From assembly GCA_963555815.3 (NCBI GenBank), contig CAUVWX020000002.1:594916-658915 (forward strand): DNA of 64,000 bases. The letters are read 5' to 3'. Under the pieces are notes generated by a model. That model saw only the letters and a program-made list of their open reading frames with translations, was not told where the DNA came from and did no database searches. Below, piece after piece: positions 19,846 through 28,563 of this stretch. A program made the position numbers and the translations under genes. This DNA comes from a bacterium. GTDB lineage: Bacteria; UBA8248; JACPRG01; G963555815. Within the stretch, counting starts at the first letter, position 1, and each line of letters opens with the position of its first letter.

Positions 19846-22092
19846 CTATACCTGGTCGTAGGTCGTCACCGGCTCGTCGCACTTCGTAATTCGGGCAAGA
19901 ACCACTCCCAGATACCAACTTCCGGTGGCCGGGTCACTGTGGTTCGGGTCGTCAGAGGTGCACAGGTTGACGTTTGACTCCCAAACCCCAAGGAGCGTGG
20001 GCTCGGCCGCCGACTTGTCAGGGAACCACCATCCGAAGGCAGGGCAGATCACCTTGGGATGAATGGCGTCCGTCACCCGGGCCAGCTGCTTGCACCGACC
20101 GTGACGAGTCTCGATCCACACAGCGTCCCCATCCTCGATCCCGTGCTTCTTCGCCACCTCAGGGTGTATCTCACACAGCGGTCTCGGCTCAAGGCGCCGC
20201 TGAGCATCGATATGCCGGTGCGAGGAATGGAGGAACGCCTTGCACTTTCGGCTGATCATCACGTAGGGGTAGTCCTTCAGAAGGTCAGGCGTCCTGAAGG
20301 GGCTCTCAGCCGGCTCAATGTGGTCCGGCAGAGGGTCATACCCCAGGTCCTTGTAGATGGTGGAGGAGAGCTCCACCTTCTGCATATTGGTCCTGAAACG
20401 GCCGATCTGCTCATGCTCCTTGTGGGGCAGGACCTCTGTGTCCCAGTACTTGGTGCTGGAAAACTGCTCCCAGGTCATCCCCGTCGGCTTCAGCCGGTAG
20501 TCGTACACATCTTCCAAGGTCTCCCAGGGCCAGATCTCTTTCTCAGTTTGACCCAACCGGATCCCAAGCGCCCGCCAGAAGTCATAATCGTCATAGCGGT
20601 CAAACTCCCCTTCTTTCTTCTTGGGAAGTGCGCGCTGGCCGGTGGCCAGGGTATTGGCGTGCTCCAAGAAGGAGAACTGGGGACGCTCGACCCAGTGGGT
20701 GACAGGAAGGACATAGTCCATCAGGGCACCCGTCGGGTTCATGGTCAAGTCGAGGTTCACCGCGAGTTCCGTGTTCTTGATCGCCTCATACACATGGCGC
20801 GAGTTCGAGAGGGTCAGTATGGGGTTCGAGCCATTGACAATCAACGCTCGAATGGGATAGGGATGCCCTGTGCGGCACGCGTGGATGATGGAGGCAAACG
20901 GGGCCCCACGGACAATCGCGGTACGCACCGCATACTTAATCTCATCAGGGAACTTCTCCCAGCCGGGCCATGACATCGCCTTGAAGCGCTCAGACCCAAC
21001 GGCCTTGCGGTACTGCTCCGGAGGAAGCGCATCGGGCATTTCCATCTTGGTCAGATAGACGTACTTCGAGTAGGCCCGGATAAACTGGTTACCCCCTCGA
21101 ACGTCCAAGTTGCCCGTGACGGCCCGCAGGCAGCACCGGGCGCGCTCCGTCCCAGAGATGTTCAGCCCGTAGTAGCCAATGGGGCTCCCCCACTGGATGT
21201 AGCCCGGCTTCACCGTCGCATACATCCGCGCAGACTCCACCACTTCCTTCTCAGTGAGCCAGCAAAGCTCGGCTGTTTTCTTCGGGGGGTACTTCTGGAC
21301 CCTCTCCTTCAGCTCATCAAAGCCGTGCGTCCACTTGGCCACGAATTCCTTGTCGTAGAGCTCCTCGTTGATGATGACGTTCAGCCAGCCCATGGCCAGG
21401 GCGCCGTCCGAACCCGGGCGGAGCTGAAGGAACATATCCGCTCGGTCCACCTCACGGATCCGGGTCGGGTCGATCACGATCATCTTCTCTACGTTCCGGG
21501 CCCGGTCCCACTTGATGGGGCTCGTGATGGTGGGGCGATTCCCCCAGATAACCAGAAGACGCGTGTGAATGGGGTCGCAGGGACCGTAGTGGGCAATCCC
21601 GCCGTAGACGACGAGGTTCGCCCAGGCCTCGGTCCCACCACAGATCCGGGCGTCCGCGCTGTCCGTGTTGGGGCTCCCAAAGTTGTTCATGAAGCGCGCG
21701 ACTTCCCACTGCTCATTGTAGAACCCAAAACCGCAACCTACAGTCTCGGCCCCGTACTTGTCCTTAATCTTCTGCAGCTTCTCCCCGATCTCATCGATGG
21801 CTTGCTTCCAGGAGATCTCCTTCCACTTGTTCTCCCCACGCTCTCCAGCTCGCTTCAGGGGGTAGTTCAAGCGGCTCGGGTGATTGGTCTGCTCCACTGT
21901 CCCCTTCTGCTTAGGACAGCCCTCAATCTTGAAGAAGGGGGTCATCGGGCTTTCTTTGAAAGTCGCGACCTTGACCAGCTTCCCGTCTTCAATGTGCAGC
22001 TCGGTGTGACAGATGTCGTGTTCACAGTTCTTACAGAGACCGATCTTGATCTCTCGCTTGGGCGCAGTTTTCACCGCGGGTGGTGTCGCCAT
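19846..22092 (-). CDS. Mo/W-bisPGD (DMSO reductase superfamily) enzyme, acetylene-hydratase-like
   Basis: N-terminal CKNCEHDIC…GCPK Fe-S motif, HPSRLNYPLKR, RFMNNFGSPN…ICGG, LRPGSDGALA, LHSSHR, C-terminal molybdopterin dinucleotide-binding domain; no Tat signal. Confidence 0.88.
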   Translation of the reverse strand: MATPPAVKTAPKREIKIGLCKNCEHDICHTELHIEDGKLVKVATFKESPMTPFFKIEGCPKQKGTVEQTNHPSRLNYPLKRAGERGENKWKEISWKQAIDEIGEKLQKIKDKYGAETVGCGFGFYNEQWEVARFMNNFGSPNTDSADARICGGTEAWANLVVYGGIAHYGPCDPIHTRLLVIWGNRPTITSPIKWDRARNVEKMIVIDPTRIREVDRADMFLQLRPGSDGALAMGWLNVIINEELYDKEFVAKWTHGFDELKERVQKYPPKKTAELCWLTEKEVVESARMYATVKPGYIQWGSPIGYYGLNISGTERARCCLRAVTGNLDVRGGNQFIRAYSKYVYLTKMEMPDALPPEQYRKAVGSERFKAMSWPGWEKFPDEIKYAVRTAIVRGAPFASIIHACRTGHPYPIRALIVNGSNPILTLSNSRHVYEAIKNTELAVNLDLTMNPTGALMDYVLPVTHWVERPQFSFLEHANTLATGQRALPKKKEGEFDRYDDYDFWRALGIRLGQTEKEIWPWETLEDVYDYRLKPTGMTWEQFSSTKYWDTEVLPHKEHEQIGRFRTNMQKVELSSTIYKDLGYDPLPDHIEPAESPFRTPDLLKDYPYVMISRKCKAFLHSSHRHIDAQRRLEPRPLCEIHPEVAKKHGIEDGDAVWIETRHGRCKQLARVTDAIHPKVICPAFGWWFPDKSAAEPTLLGVWESNVNLCTSDDPNHSDPATGSWYLGVVLARITKCDEPVTTYDQV

Positions 22093-22213
22093 CTTTCTCT
22101 CCCTTTTTTTAGTCCTGTTTTCAACCCTGCTGGCGCAGAAATGTACCGAAAATCCCCTTCCGGGGAGTTGCTGATAGGCCTAACGACAGGCTGTCGCTGC
22201 CGAACTCAGCATG

Positions 22214-22253
22214 AATATTTAAAATATTACCCTTTCACCTCTGACCTTGTCAA
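22214..22253 (-). promoter_or_regulatory. Sigma-70 promoter with overlapping palindromic operator
   Basis: TTGACA (22248-22253)-18 bp-TAATAT (22224-22229); 7-1-7 inverted repeat aatattt-a-aaatatt at 22214-22228. Confidence 0.6.
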
Positions 22254-22329
22254 CTACTATTTACTATTTTTCACCCTTCACGAAACTTCACGAAAAACCG
22301 GAGAAAGCCAAACAAGTGCGCCAAATACT

Positions 22330-23412
22330 TCACTCCAGGTTCCCGGCCACCTGCTCACGACTCAACTGGGCAAGCCGCTCTTCCAGCTCCGCCACCTTCG
22401 CCGTCAGCCCACGAACCGCTTCGGCACCCTGCCCCGCCTCGCCCTCCTTCGCCGGGCCTCGGTCCCAAGGGGTGTAGGCGTTGGTGTTGACGTCAAGACG
22501 AATCACGTCCCAGCGAGCATCCCGCCCGCAGACGTCAATGTAGCACTTGCGGCGAAGGCCCTGATAAAGGTCCACGTCCGCATAAAGGATGGTCTCCTTC
22601 CCATACACCGGCCCCACCAGATACTCGCCATTGGGGTCAATGACGGCGCTCCCGCCAGGAAACCCCCAATGGGCGTTCCCCAAGTTGGCCACTTCGGCAG
22701 CCTCCTCAGGGATATAGGTCGAAGCAGCCACCACAAAACAGGACCCCTCAATGGCGTAGGCCCGAGAGGCGATCTGGACAATCTCCTTATTGCTACGCCC
22801 AGGGGGAGGATAATCGGGCCAGCTCCCAGGCCAGCAGGCACAATGAATCTGCTCCCCTTGAGCCATCAAGGCATATTTGAAAAGGGGCTGGAGGTGCTCA
22901 TAGCAAATCAGCCCCCCTACCTTCCCCACCTCTGTGTCAAAGACACAATGGAGGTCAGAGCCATCCCCGCGGCCATGAAACACCCGCTCCCGATGAGAAG
23001 GTGTGAACTTCCGGTGACGACCCAGGACCTTCCCGTCAGGACCAAAGAAGACCAGGGAGTTGTAGAGCATCCCAGGATAATCCTTGCGGCGCTCATTCAA
23101 ACCCATCACCACCACCGCCCCGGCCTTGCGCGCCGCTTCACCAATGGCCCGCGTCTCCTCGCTCGGCACCTCCACCGAATGGAGGATCAGCTCCGCCAGA
23201 TTATCGGCCCACTCATTCGGACGGGCCATGTCCACCGACCAGTTCGGAAACATGGGAATAAACCCCTCAGGAAAGGCCACCAAACGTGCCCCCTGAGAGC
23301 CCGCCTCTTCAATGAGACGACAGGCCTTCTCTGTCGTCGCCTGCTTGTTCATCGGAAGAATGGGGGCAGCCTGAACCGCCGCCACTTTCAGTTTTAAGAC
23401 ATCCTTCGCCAT
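22330..23412 (-). CDS. Nitrilase (carbon-nitrogen hydrolase family)
   Basis: KVAAVQAAP, catalytic E-K-C in FPEGF, HRKFTP, LICYEH. Confidence 0.92.
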   Translation of the reverse strand: MAKDVLKLKVAAVQAAPILPMNKQATTEKACRLIEEAGSQGARLVAFPEGFIPMFPNWSVDMARPNEWADNLAELILHSVEVPSEETRAIGEAARKAGAVVVMGLNERRKDYPGMLYNSLVFFGPDGKVLGRHRKFTPSHRERVFHGRGDGSDLHCVFDTEVGKVGGLICYEHLQPLFKYALMAQGEQIHCACWPGSWPDYPPPGRSNKEIVQIASRAYAIEGSCFVVAASTYIPEEAAEVANLGNAHWGFPGGSAVIDPNGEYLVGPVYGKETILYADVDLYQGLRRKCYIDVCGRDARWDVIRLDVNTNAYTPWDRGPAKEGEAGQGAEAVRGLTAKVAELEERLAQLSREQVAGNLE

Positions 23413-23441
23413 AGCTCCTCCCCCTCATTATCTCTGGGCAA

Positions 23442-24053
23442 TCAACCAGAACTCCTCCGCCCTTCACCCAAAAGCCGTGCCTTTTCCAATTCCTCAGGGG
23501 TATTCAGGTTCCGAAAAGAAAGGAGGTCCGGGTCGTGGCGCATCAGCGTCTCCTGGCCGACCTCCTTCACCTTAACCAAGGGAAAGAGGCCATGGATAGC
23601 CAGGCGCCCCTCCCCCAAAAGGGTCTCAATAGGGCCGCGGCAGCTCTCGCAATAGACCGCATGAAGAGGCTCCGGGCCCGAGTCCGAGACGGGGACAACG
23701 ACATCGAAGCCCTCACGTTCCTCGACCAGATGCCGGATAAGGGCCTCGTTCAGAAAAGGCATGTCACAGGAGGCAAAAAAGGCGTGAGGGGCCCCGGCAT
23801 GAACAAGGCCCGTATAGACCCCGCCGAGAGAGCCCTTCCCCGGGTAGATGTCCGTATGGATCTCAAAACCCAGATTTTCGTAGAGGGAGGGGGTGTTGGT
23901 GATCACGAGATTACGTTCGAATATAGACTCAAGGACCTCGGCCACCCGCTCAACCAGGGGCTTATCGCCCACGGGGAGGAAGGCCTTATCCCTTCCCATC
24001 CGGCGGCTCTTGCCGCCGGCCAGCACCACCCCGGTGACCTCTTGGTATCGCAC
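23442..24053 (-). CDS. mobA: Molybdenum cofactor guanylyltransferase
   Basis: VLAGGKSRRMGRDKA, GSLGGV, CDMPF, EPLHAVY, NLNTPEE. Confidence 0.93.
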   Translation of the reverse strand: MRYQEVTGVVLAGGKSRRMGRDKAFLPVGDKPLVERVAEVLESIFERNLVITNTPSLYENLGFEIHTDIYPGKGSLGGVYTGLVHAGAPHAFFASCDMPFLNEALIRHLVEEREGFDVVVPVSDSGPEPLHAVYCESCRGPIETLLGEGRLAIHGLFPLVKVKEVGQETLMRHDPDLLSFRNLNTPEELEKARLLGEGRRSSG

Positions 24054-24093
24054 GGTGTCTCATCCTATCCGACACAAGGGGCAGTGCCCCTCT

Positions 24094-24663
24094 CTAGGGG
24101 ACAGAGGAAGTCCGACTCCCCCGCGCGCCTTGCCCCGACGCACGAGACTTAGAATTAAGAAATTTTTGCTCGATGAAGTCAGCGATTCCCTGATCGTTGT
24201 CCAGATGAAAACGCGGGACCTCCACCGACAACTCCGTGTCCGAGGCAACCGCCACCAGGGACTCATCGTCCTGACAAAAAAGCCCCTCACCGACCTCATG
24301 ACGATGGACTTCTATCTTGGGAATCTTGCTCCGCTTGTAACCCTCGACCAGGACGAGGTCCGCATCCTCGATATAGGAACGGGCGATCTCCTCAGGTTGG
24401 AGATTGGGCGAAACCTTTCTGACGATGACCACTTCGCCCTGGGTTGAGGCGATAGAGACATGGGCCCCCGCCTTGCGGTGGCGCCAAGTATCCTTGCCTT
24501 CCCGCTCGATGCTGAAGGTGTGGGCGTGCTTAATTGTCCCGATTCGATAGCCTCTCTGAGTCAGCGCCTCAACGAGCTTGACCACCAAGGTCGTCTTCCC
24601 GCTACCGGAATAGCCGACCACAGCGAGGACAGGAATTCCCTCTTGGTTCGAGTCCAGCGTCAC
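24094..24663 (-). CDS. mobB: Molybdopterin-guanine dinucleotide biosynthesis protein B
   Basis: GYSGSGKTTL, IKHAH, GKDTWRHRKAGA, DLVLVEGYK. Confidence 0.92.
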   Translation of the reverse strand: MTLDSNQEGIPVLAVVGYSGSGKTTLVVKLVEALTQRGYRIGTIKHAHTFSIEREGKDTWRHRKAGAHVSIASTQGEVVIVRKVSPNLQPEEIARSYIEDADLVLVEGYKRSKIPKIEVHRHEVGEGLFCQDDESLVAVASDTELSVEVPRFHLDNDQGIADFIEQKFLNSKSRASGQGARGSRTSSVP

Positions 24664-25814
24664 TTTCTTCTACCCTGTTTTTGCCACCCCTTCGCCTCCT
24701 TATCCCCCCACTTGAAGATATCGGTGGGCGAAGACTCGGTGTACGAAACGGCTTCTCCCCGCCCCGGAAAGGCTTTGAAGGAAAAGTTGAAGGGGGAGTC
24801 ACGGAGGGGCCGTCTCACGCGATTTTCGAGGACCCCTATCACCTCGATTTCGCACCGGATGTCGTCGCCCACCTGGAGATACCCGCCCTGCTTCGCCTCG
24901 CCGGAACGCTCGTGGGTATTGGCGCCGAGCGCCTCGTCCGAACCCAGGCCACAGCCCCCCGGCGTCCCCATGGCGATGACAAACCCCGGTTTCAGGGACA
25001 TGATTCGCGAGACGTAATGGATAGTCTCCGGAATAGACCAGAGGAAATTCTTGGTGTTATCTTCCTGGCGCAACTCTCCATTCACCCAGGTCCTCATGCC
25101 CAGGTCCTCTGGGTGATCCATCTCCGCTTTGGTGAGGATCCAGGGCCCGAGGGCGACACTCTTGTCGAAATTCCTCCCCTGCCCATAGCGAACGTGGAAC
25201 TCCTTTCCTCCCTCCCCCCAGGGGAGAATCTCATGGTCCCGGGCCGAGAGGTTGTTGATGATGGTATAGCCGAAGACGTGGTCCAGGGCCTTCTCAGGAG
25301 GGATGTTTCGGCCCCCCTTCCCAATCACAACGCCCAGCTGAACACCGTAGTCGAGCTTCTTTATAAGACGGGGGTCGACCCAAAACGCCTCGCCCGGACC
25401 AATCACGGTGTGGGGTAACTTGAGAAAGAAGCCGGCCTGGTCGGGCCGGGTCCGGTTGGTCTCATCGAAGTAGTCCTTGAAATTCGATTCAAGACACACC
25501 AGGGCTCGGGGGGTGAGGGGAAGCTTGGGAACAAGCGTGGACACATCGTAGGGGAGATCGACAAGCCCCTCATTGAAGATCTTTGTGCCAAAGGCGACGC
25601 CCGCGTTGAAGGCCCTCAGATACTTATCTCCCCCCTCCAGGATTTGAGCAAAATCGTAGGGGAGCCTCTCAGCGGCCATTTCTCTCGCCCTAGGGTCTCC
25701 CACGATGTCGTTTAAAAAGAGGGCGTAGCACTCCTGTATGTCGATCACCTTGTCCTCGTGGACAAAGGTGCCCAACATCCTCTTCATCCCGTGCTCAACG
25801 TTGATAATCTTCAT
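24660..25814 (-). CDS. Fumarylacetoacetate hydrolase (FAH)-fold protein, metal ligands degenerate
   Basis: FFLK, LDYGVQLGVVIGK, GYTIINNLSARD, LGPW, VNGELRQ, MGTPGG. Confidence 0.85.
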   Translation of the reverse strand: MKIINVEHGMKRMLGTFVHEDKVIDIQECYALFLNDIVGDPRAREMAAERLPYDFAQILEGGDKYLRAFNAGVAFGTKIFNEGLVDLPYDVSTLVPKLPLTPRALVCLESNFKDYFDETNRTRPDQAGFFLKLPHTVIGPGEAFWVDPRLIKKLDYGVQLGVVIGKGGRNIPPEKALDHVFGYTIINNLSARDHEILPWGEGGKEFHVRYGQGRNFDKSVALGPWILTKAEMDHPEDLGMRTWVNGELRQEDNTKNFLWSIPETIHYVSRIMSLKPGFVIAMGTPGGCGLGSDEALGANTHERSGEAKQGGYLQVGDDIRCEIEVIGVLENRVRRPLRDSPFNFSFKAFPGRGEAVSYTESSPTDIFKWGDKEAKGWQKQGRRK

Positions 25815-25826
25815 CGTTGACCTCGA

Positions 25827-26843
25827 CTAGGAATCCTCGTGAATCTTCTCAACCGAATTCTCCAGCGAGCCGATGGAGTCAATCTCGGCCTTAATCTTAT
25901 CACCCAGCTTTAGAAAACCGCATTTCATCGCAGGAACTGCCAGGGTGGGCCCGCCGGAGTCCGACCGGCCCAGCCGGGGGCCTCCGGGGCTTCCGCTGGC
26001 GATGACAATTCCCGGGTCCAGTGTAAAGAAGGTGGAGAGGTGGCTGACGAAGGAGAGGGGGTCGATCGGCAACTCATCCGGCTTGAACTCTTCTTGGAGC
26101 TCCCCGTTGACCCATAGCCGATGCGAGAGATTCTCCACACCACCCTCTATCTCGTCCTTGGTGACGATCCAAGGGCCCAGGGCGCCCGCCGCTTCAAGGC
26201 AGACCCCCTCCAAGACCCGGCTGTGGAACACCCCGCCCTCCATGCCCATGCTCAACTGGTCTGCCGCCAAGATGTCCGTGAATATCGTAAAACCGAAGAT
26301 GTGGTCTAGGACCTCGTTCTGGGGGATATCCTTTCCCCCCTGTCCAATGATAATGCCAAGCTCTACCTCGGAACGGAGGTCCTTGGCCACCTCCGGCTCA
26401 TGGGAGATAGGGTCTCCAGACCCGATCACGTGGGGGCCGGATTTGACGAAAAACTCTGCATGTCGGTAGAGGTCCATATCCTCGGCCTGTGCAGGCCCGT
26501 AGCCCGCGCACACCACCGCATCCGGTTGAAGGGGAGCCCTCAGGCGCACCTCGCGCAGAGGTCGGACCTCTGCGAAAAGGTCCCCCTCGGCACGCCGAGT
26601 TTCAAAGTGCTCGAGGGCTTGGACCGCCGCCTCCCAGGACGACTCTCCTCCACGGATGAAGTGGAGCATACTGCTTGAAATCCGAGCCCTCGCGAGTCCC
26701 TCTGCACGCCGATCTCCCTCAACCTCTGATAGATACCTGGCGTAGAGCCGCTCGAGGTCGGCCACCTCATCTCCCACAACGCAGCCGATCCTCGTCTGGC
26801 CATCAAAGACGTAGGTCCCGAGCTTCATGCGCTCACTCTCCAA
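25827..26843 (-). CDS. FAH-fold protein, divergent
   Basis: FFVK, SEVELGIIIG, GFTIFTD, LGPWIVT, VNGELQ, SGSPGG, IGSLEN; start 26843 or 26828. Confidence 0.85.
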   Translation of the reverse strand: MESERMKLGTYVFDGQTRIGCVVGDEVADLERLYARYLSEVEGDRRAEGLARARISSSMLHFIRGGESSWEAAVQALEHFETRRAEGDLFAEVRPLREVRLRAPLQPDAVVCAGYGPAQAEDMDLYRHAEFFVKSGPHVIGSGDPISHEPEVAKDLRSEVELGIIIGQGGKDIPQNEVLDHIFGFTIFTDILAADQLSMGMEGGVFHSRVLEGVCLEAAGALGPWIVTKDEIEGGVENLSHRLWVNGELQEEFKPDELPIDPLSFVSHLSTFFTLDPGIVIASGSPGGPRLGRSDSGGPTLAVPAMKCGFLKLGDKIKAEIDSIGSLENSVEKIHEDS

Positions 26844-26998
26844 AAAAGCCGTTGCCAGTGCATGTAATAAAAGGAGTGTTTCGGCGACTGGTCTGTATAA
26901 ACATTATCTGGCCACAGGGGCTTCCTGTCAATATACACCCAGCCACGTTCCCCGATAACTCACGCCGTTTTCCCCGGCCCCTCCACCCACTGTTGGAG

Positions 26999-28201
26999 CT
27001 ACCCCCCCTCACTCTCTCTCGAGAAAAGGCACATGAGAAAGCCGAAGAGCAGGAGGGCCGCACCGAGATAAAAAGCGCCGACCAGAGAGCCCGTCAGGTC
27101 CCGGATGAGACCCGACAACACGGGGGCCACGATCCCCGAGGAGATTCCGATTAAGTTCACCACCCCCATTGCCGTCCCCATGGCCTCCGGTCTGCTTCTC
27201 GCCACATCGTCTCCGACCCACGCCAGGAGGATGGGCTCCACTGCTGGTTTTCCAGTGGCACCAAAAAACAAAAGGGCCAGGGCCAACCCCAAAAGCGACT
27301 GGGAGTGGGCGATGAAGAACAGGCTTGCAGCCGCCAGGGGAAAGAGGACGAGGGAGAGGGGGCGCCGCCCTATCCGGTCGGAGACCCTGCCCACGAGGAT
27401 ACTCACCGGGATGGCCGACAGGACAAAGATGGCTGCAAATAGGCCGGACCCCGTAACGCCGAAACCGTGCTCCGTCTGCAGGAACAAAGGACCCCAGATG
27501 AGGATGAGCCAAAAACCATAAAGAGAGCAGAAATTAGCCAGAAATAAGGCGATGAGCCTGGGTTGTCCCAAAACGCTCCGAAGCGGTGCCCGAGGGCCTG
27601 CGGGCTTTGGAGGAAGCTCTTGGATGGCCCTGAGGTAGACCCCTGCCATCAGGGTCGTGGGGATGGCCAGGAGGACAAAGGGGAGACGCCAGCTCTCCAG
27701 GAGCCGGAAGACGGGGCCCGAAAAGAGGAAACCGGCCCCCATGCCCACGAAGATACCCACGAAGACAGTGGCGGAGCGAACGGCCCGAAGATGGGGGGGT
27801 GAGGTCCTCAGCACATATCCAAAGGCCGAGGGAAAGTAGACGCCCGTGGCAAGACCGTGGATGGCCACAAAGAGGAGGAGGGTCTCGTAGCGGGTGGCGA
27901 GGAGTCCCAGGCCCACCAGCGCGACACCCGCCACCGCATAGCTCGTCGCAAGTGTCCTTCGGAATCCCACCCGGTCGGACAGAAACCCTCCCAGGACCTG
28001 GGTGGACCCATAGAAGACGAAGAAGACACTGCTGATGGTCCCGATCTGGACCCCGCTCAGCGAGAAGTCATCCGCAATCACTGAGAGGAGGGGAAACAGC
28101 GTGGTCCTGTTAGCGAAGAGAAAGAGCCAACCCAGGAAGAAGATGAGAACGCCTGGACCCCAAACCTTCGCAGAAGACCTGGCCGGGGAAGTCGAGAGCA
28201 T
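26999..28201 (-). CDS. MFS transporter
   Basis: About 12 hydrophobic segments; motif A GFLSDRVGFRR and GRVSDRIGRR. Confidence 0.9.
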   Translation of the reverse strand: MLSTSPARSSAKVWGPGVLIFFLGWLFLFANRTTLFPLLSVIADDFSLSGVQIGTISSVFFVFYGSTQVLGGFLSDRVGFRRTLATSYAVAGVALVGLGLLATRYETLLLFVAIHGLATGVYFPSAFGYVLRTSPPHLRAVRSATVFVGIFVGMGAGFLFSGPVFRLLESWRLPFVLLAIPTTLMAGVYLRAIQELPPKPAGPRAPLRSVLGQPRLIALFLANFCSLYGFWLILIWGPLFLQTEHGFGVTGSGLFAAIFVLSAIPVSILVGRVSDRIGRRPLSLVLFPLAAASLFFIAHSQSLLGLALALLFFGATGKPAVEPILLAWVGDDVARSRPEAMGTAMGVVNLIGISSGIVAPVLSGLIRDLTGSLVGAFYLGAALLLFGFLMCLFSRESEGG

Positions 28202-28348
28202 TCTGACTAGACCCTCTCAGGCCCGCCCCTGAGAGGCGGTACACCGTAAAGAGTAGATTCCATCACTTGAGTTAACGAGATTGAGGCCGCCAATTTACCG
28301 GACGCAGAAAAGCCGAAGGATGAAACTCGACGCAGAGAAAATGAAACG

Positions 28349-28424
28349 TGGTGGAGGATAGGGGACTCGAACCCCTGACCTCGTGGGTGCGATCCACGCG
28401 CTCTCCCAACTGAGCTAATCCCCC
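28349..28424 (-). tRNA. tRNA-Ala (anticodon CGC)
   Basis: 76 nt GGGGGATTAGCTCAGTTGGGAGAGCG-CGTGG ATCGCAC CCACG-AGGTCAGGGGTTCGAGTCCCCT-ATCCTCC ACCA; G3:U70 alanine determinant; CCA encoded. Confidence 0.96.
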
Positions 28425-28563
28425 GCAAAAACGCACGATATAGGGCTGTCCCTTGACTGTCAAGAATCCCTGCCCTCTCTGCAAATCCCGGGAAATCTAT
28501 GTCCCGCTACTCTTGGCCGTTACTTCATTCAGGGCTCTTCTTTGTGTCCTAAGGGGAGGCCAG

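Noticed and set aside
21325..23397. 690-aa plus-strand ORF
   Set aside because: Antisense shadow of the oxidoreductase and nitrilase genes; no recognisable domain; typical of GC-rich DNA
15557..28424. Integrative island inserted at tRNA-Ala
   Set aside because: No integrase, and I found no duplicated tRNA 3' end (only short chance matches inside coding regions)
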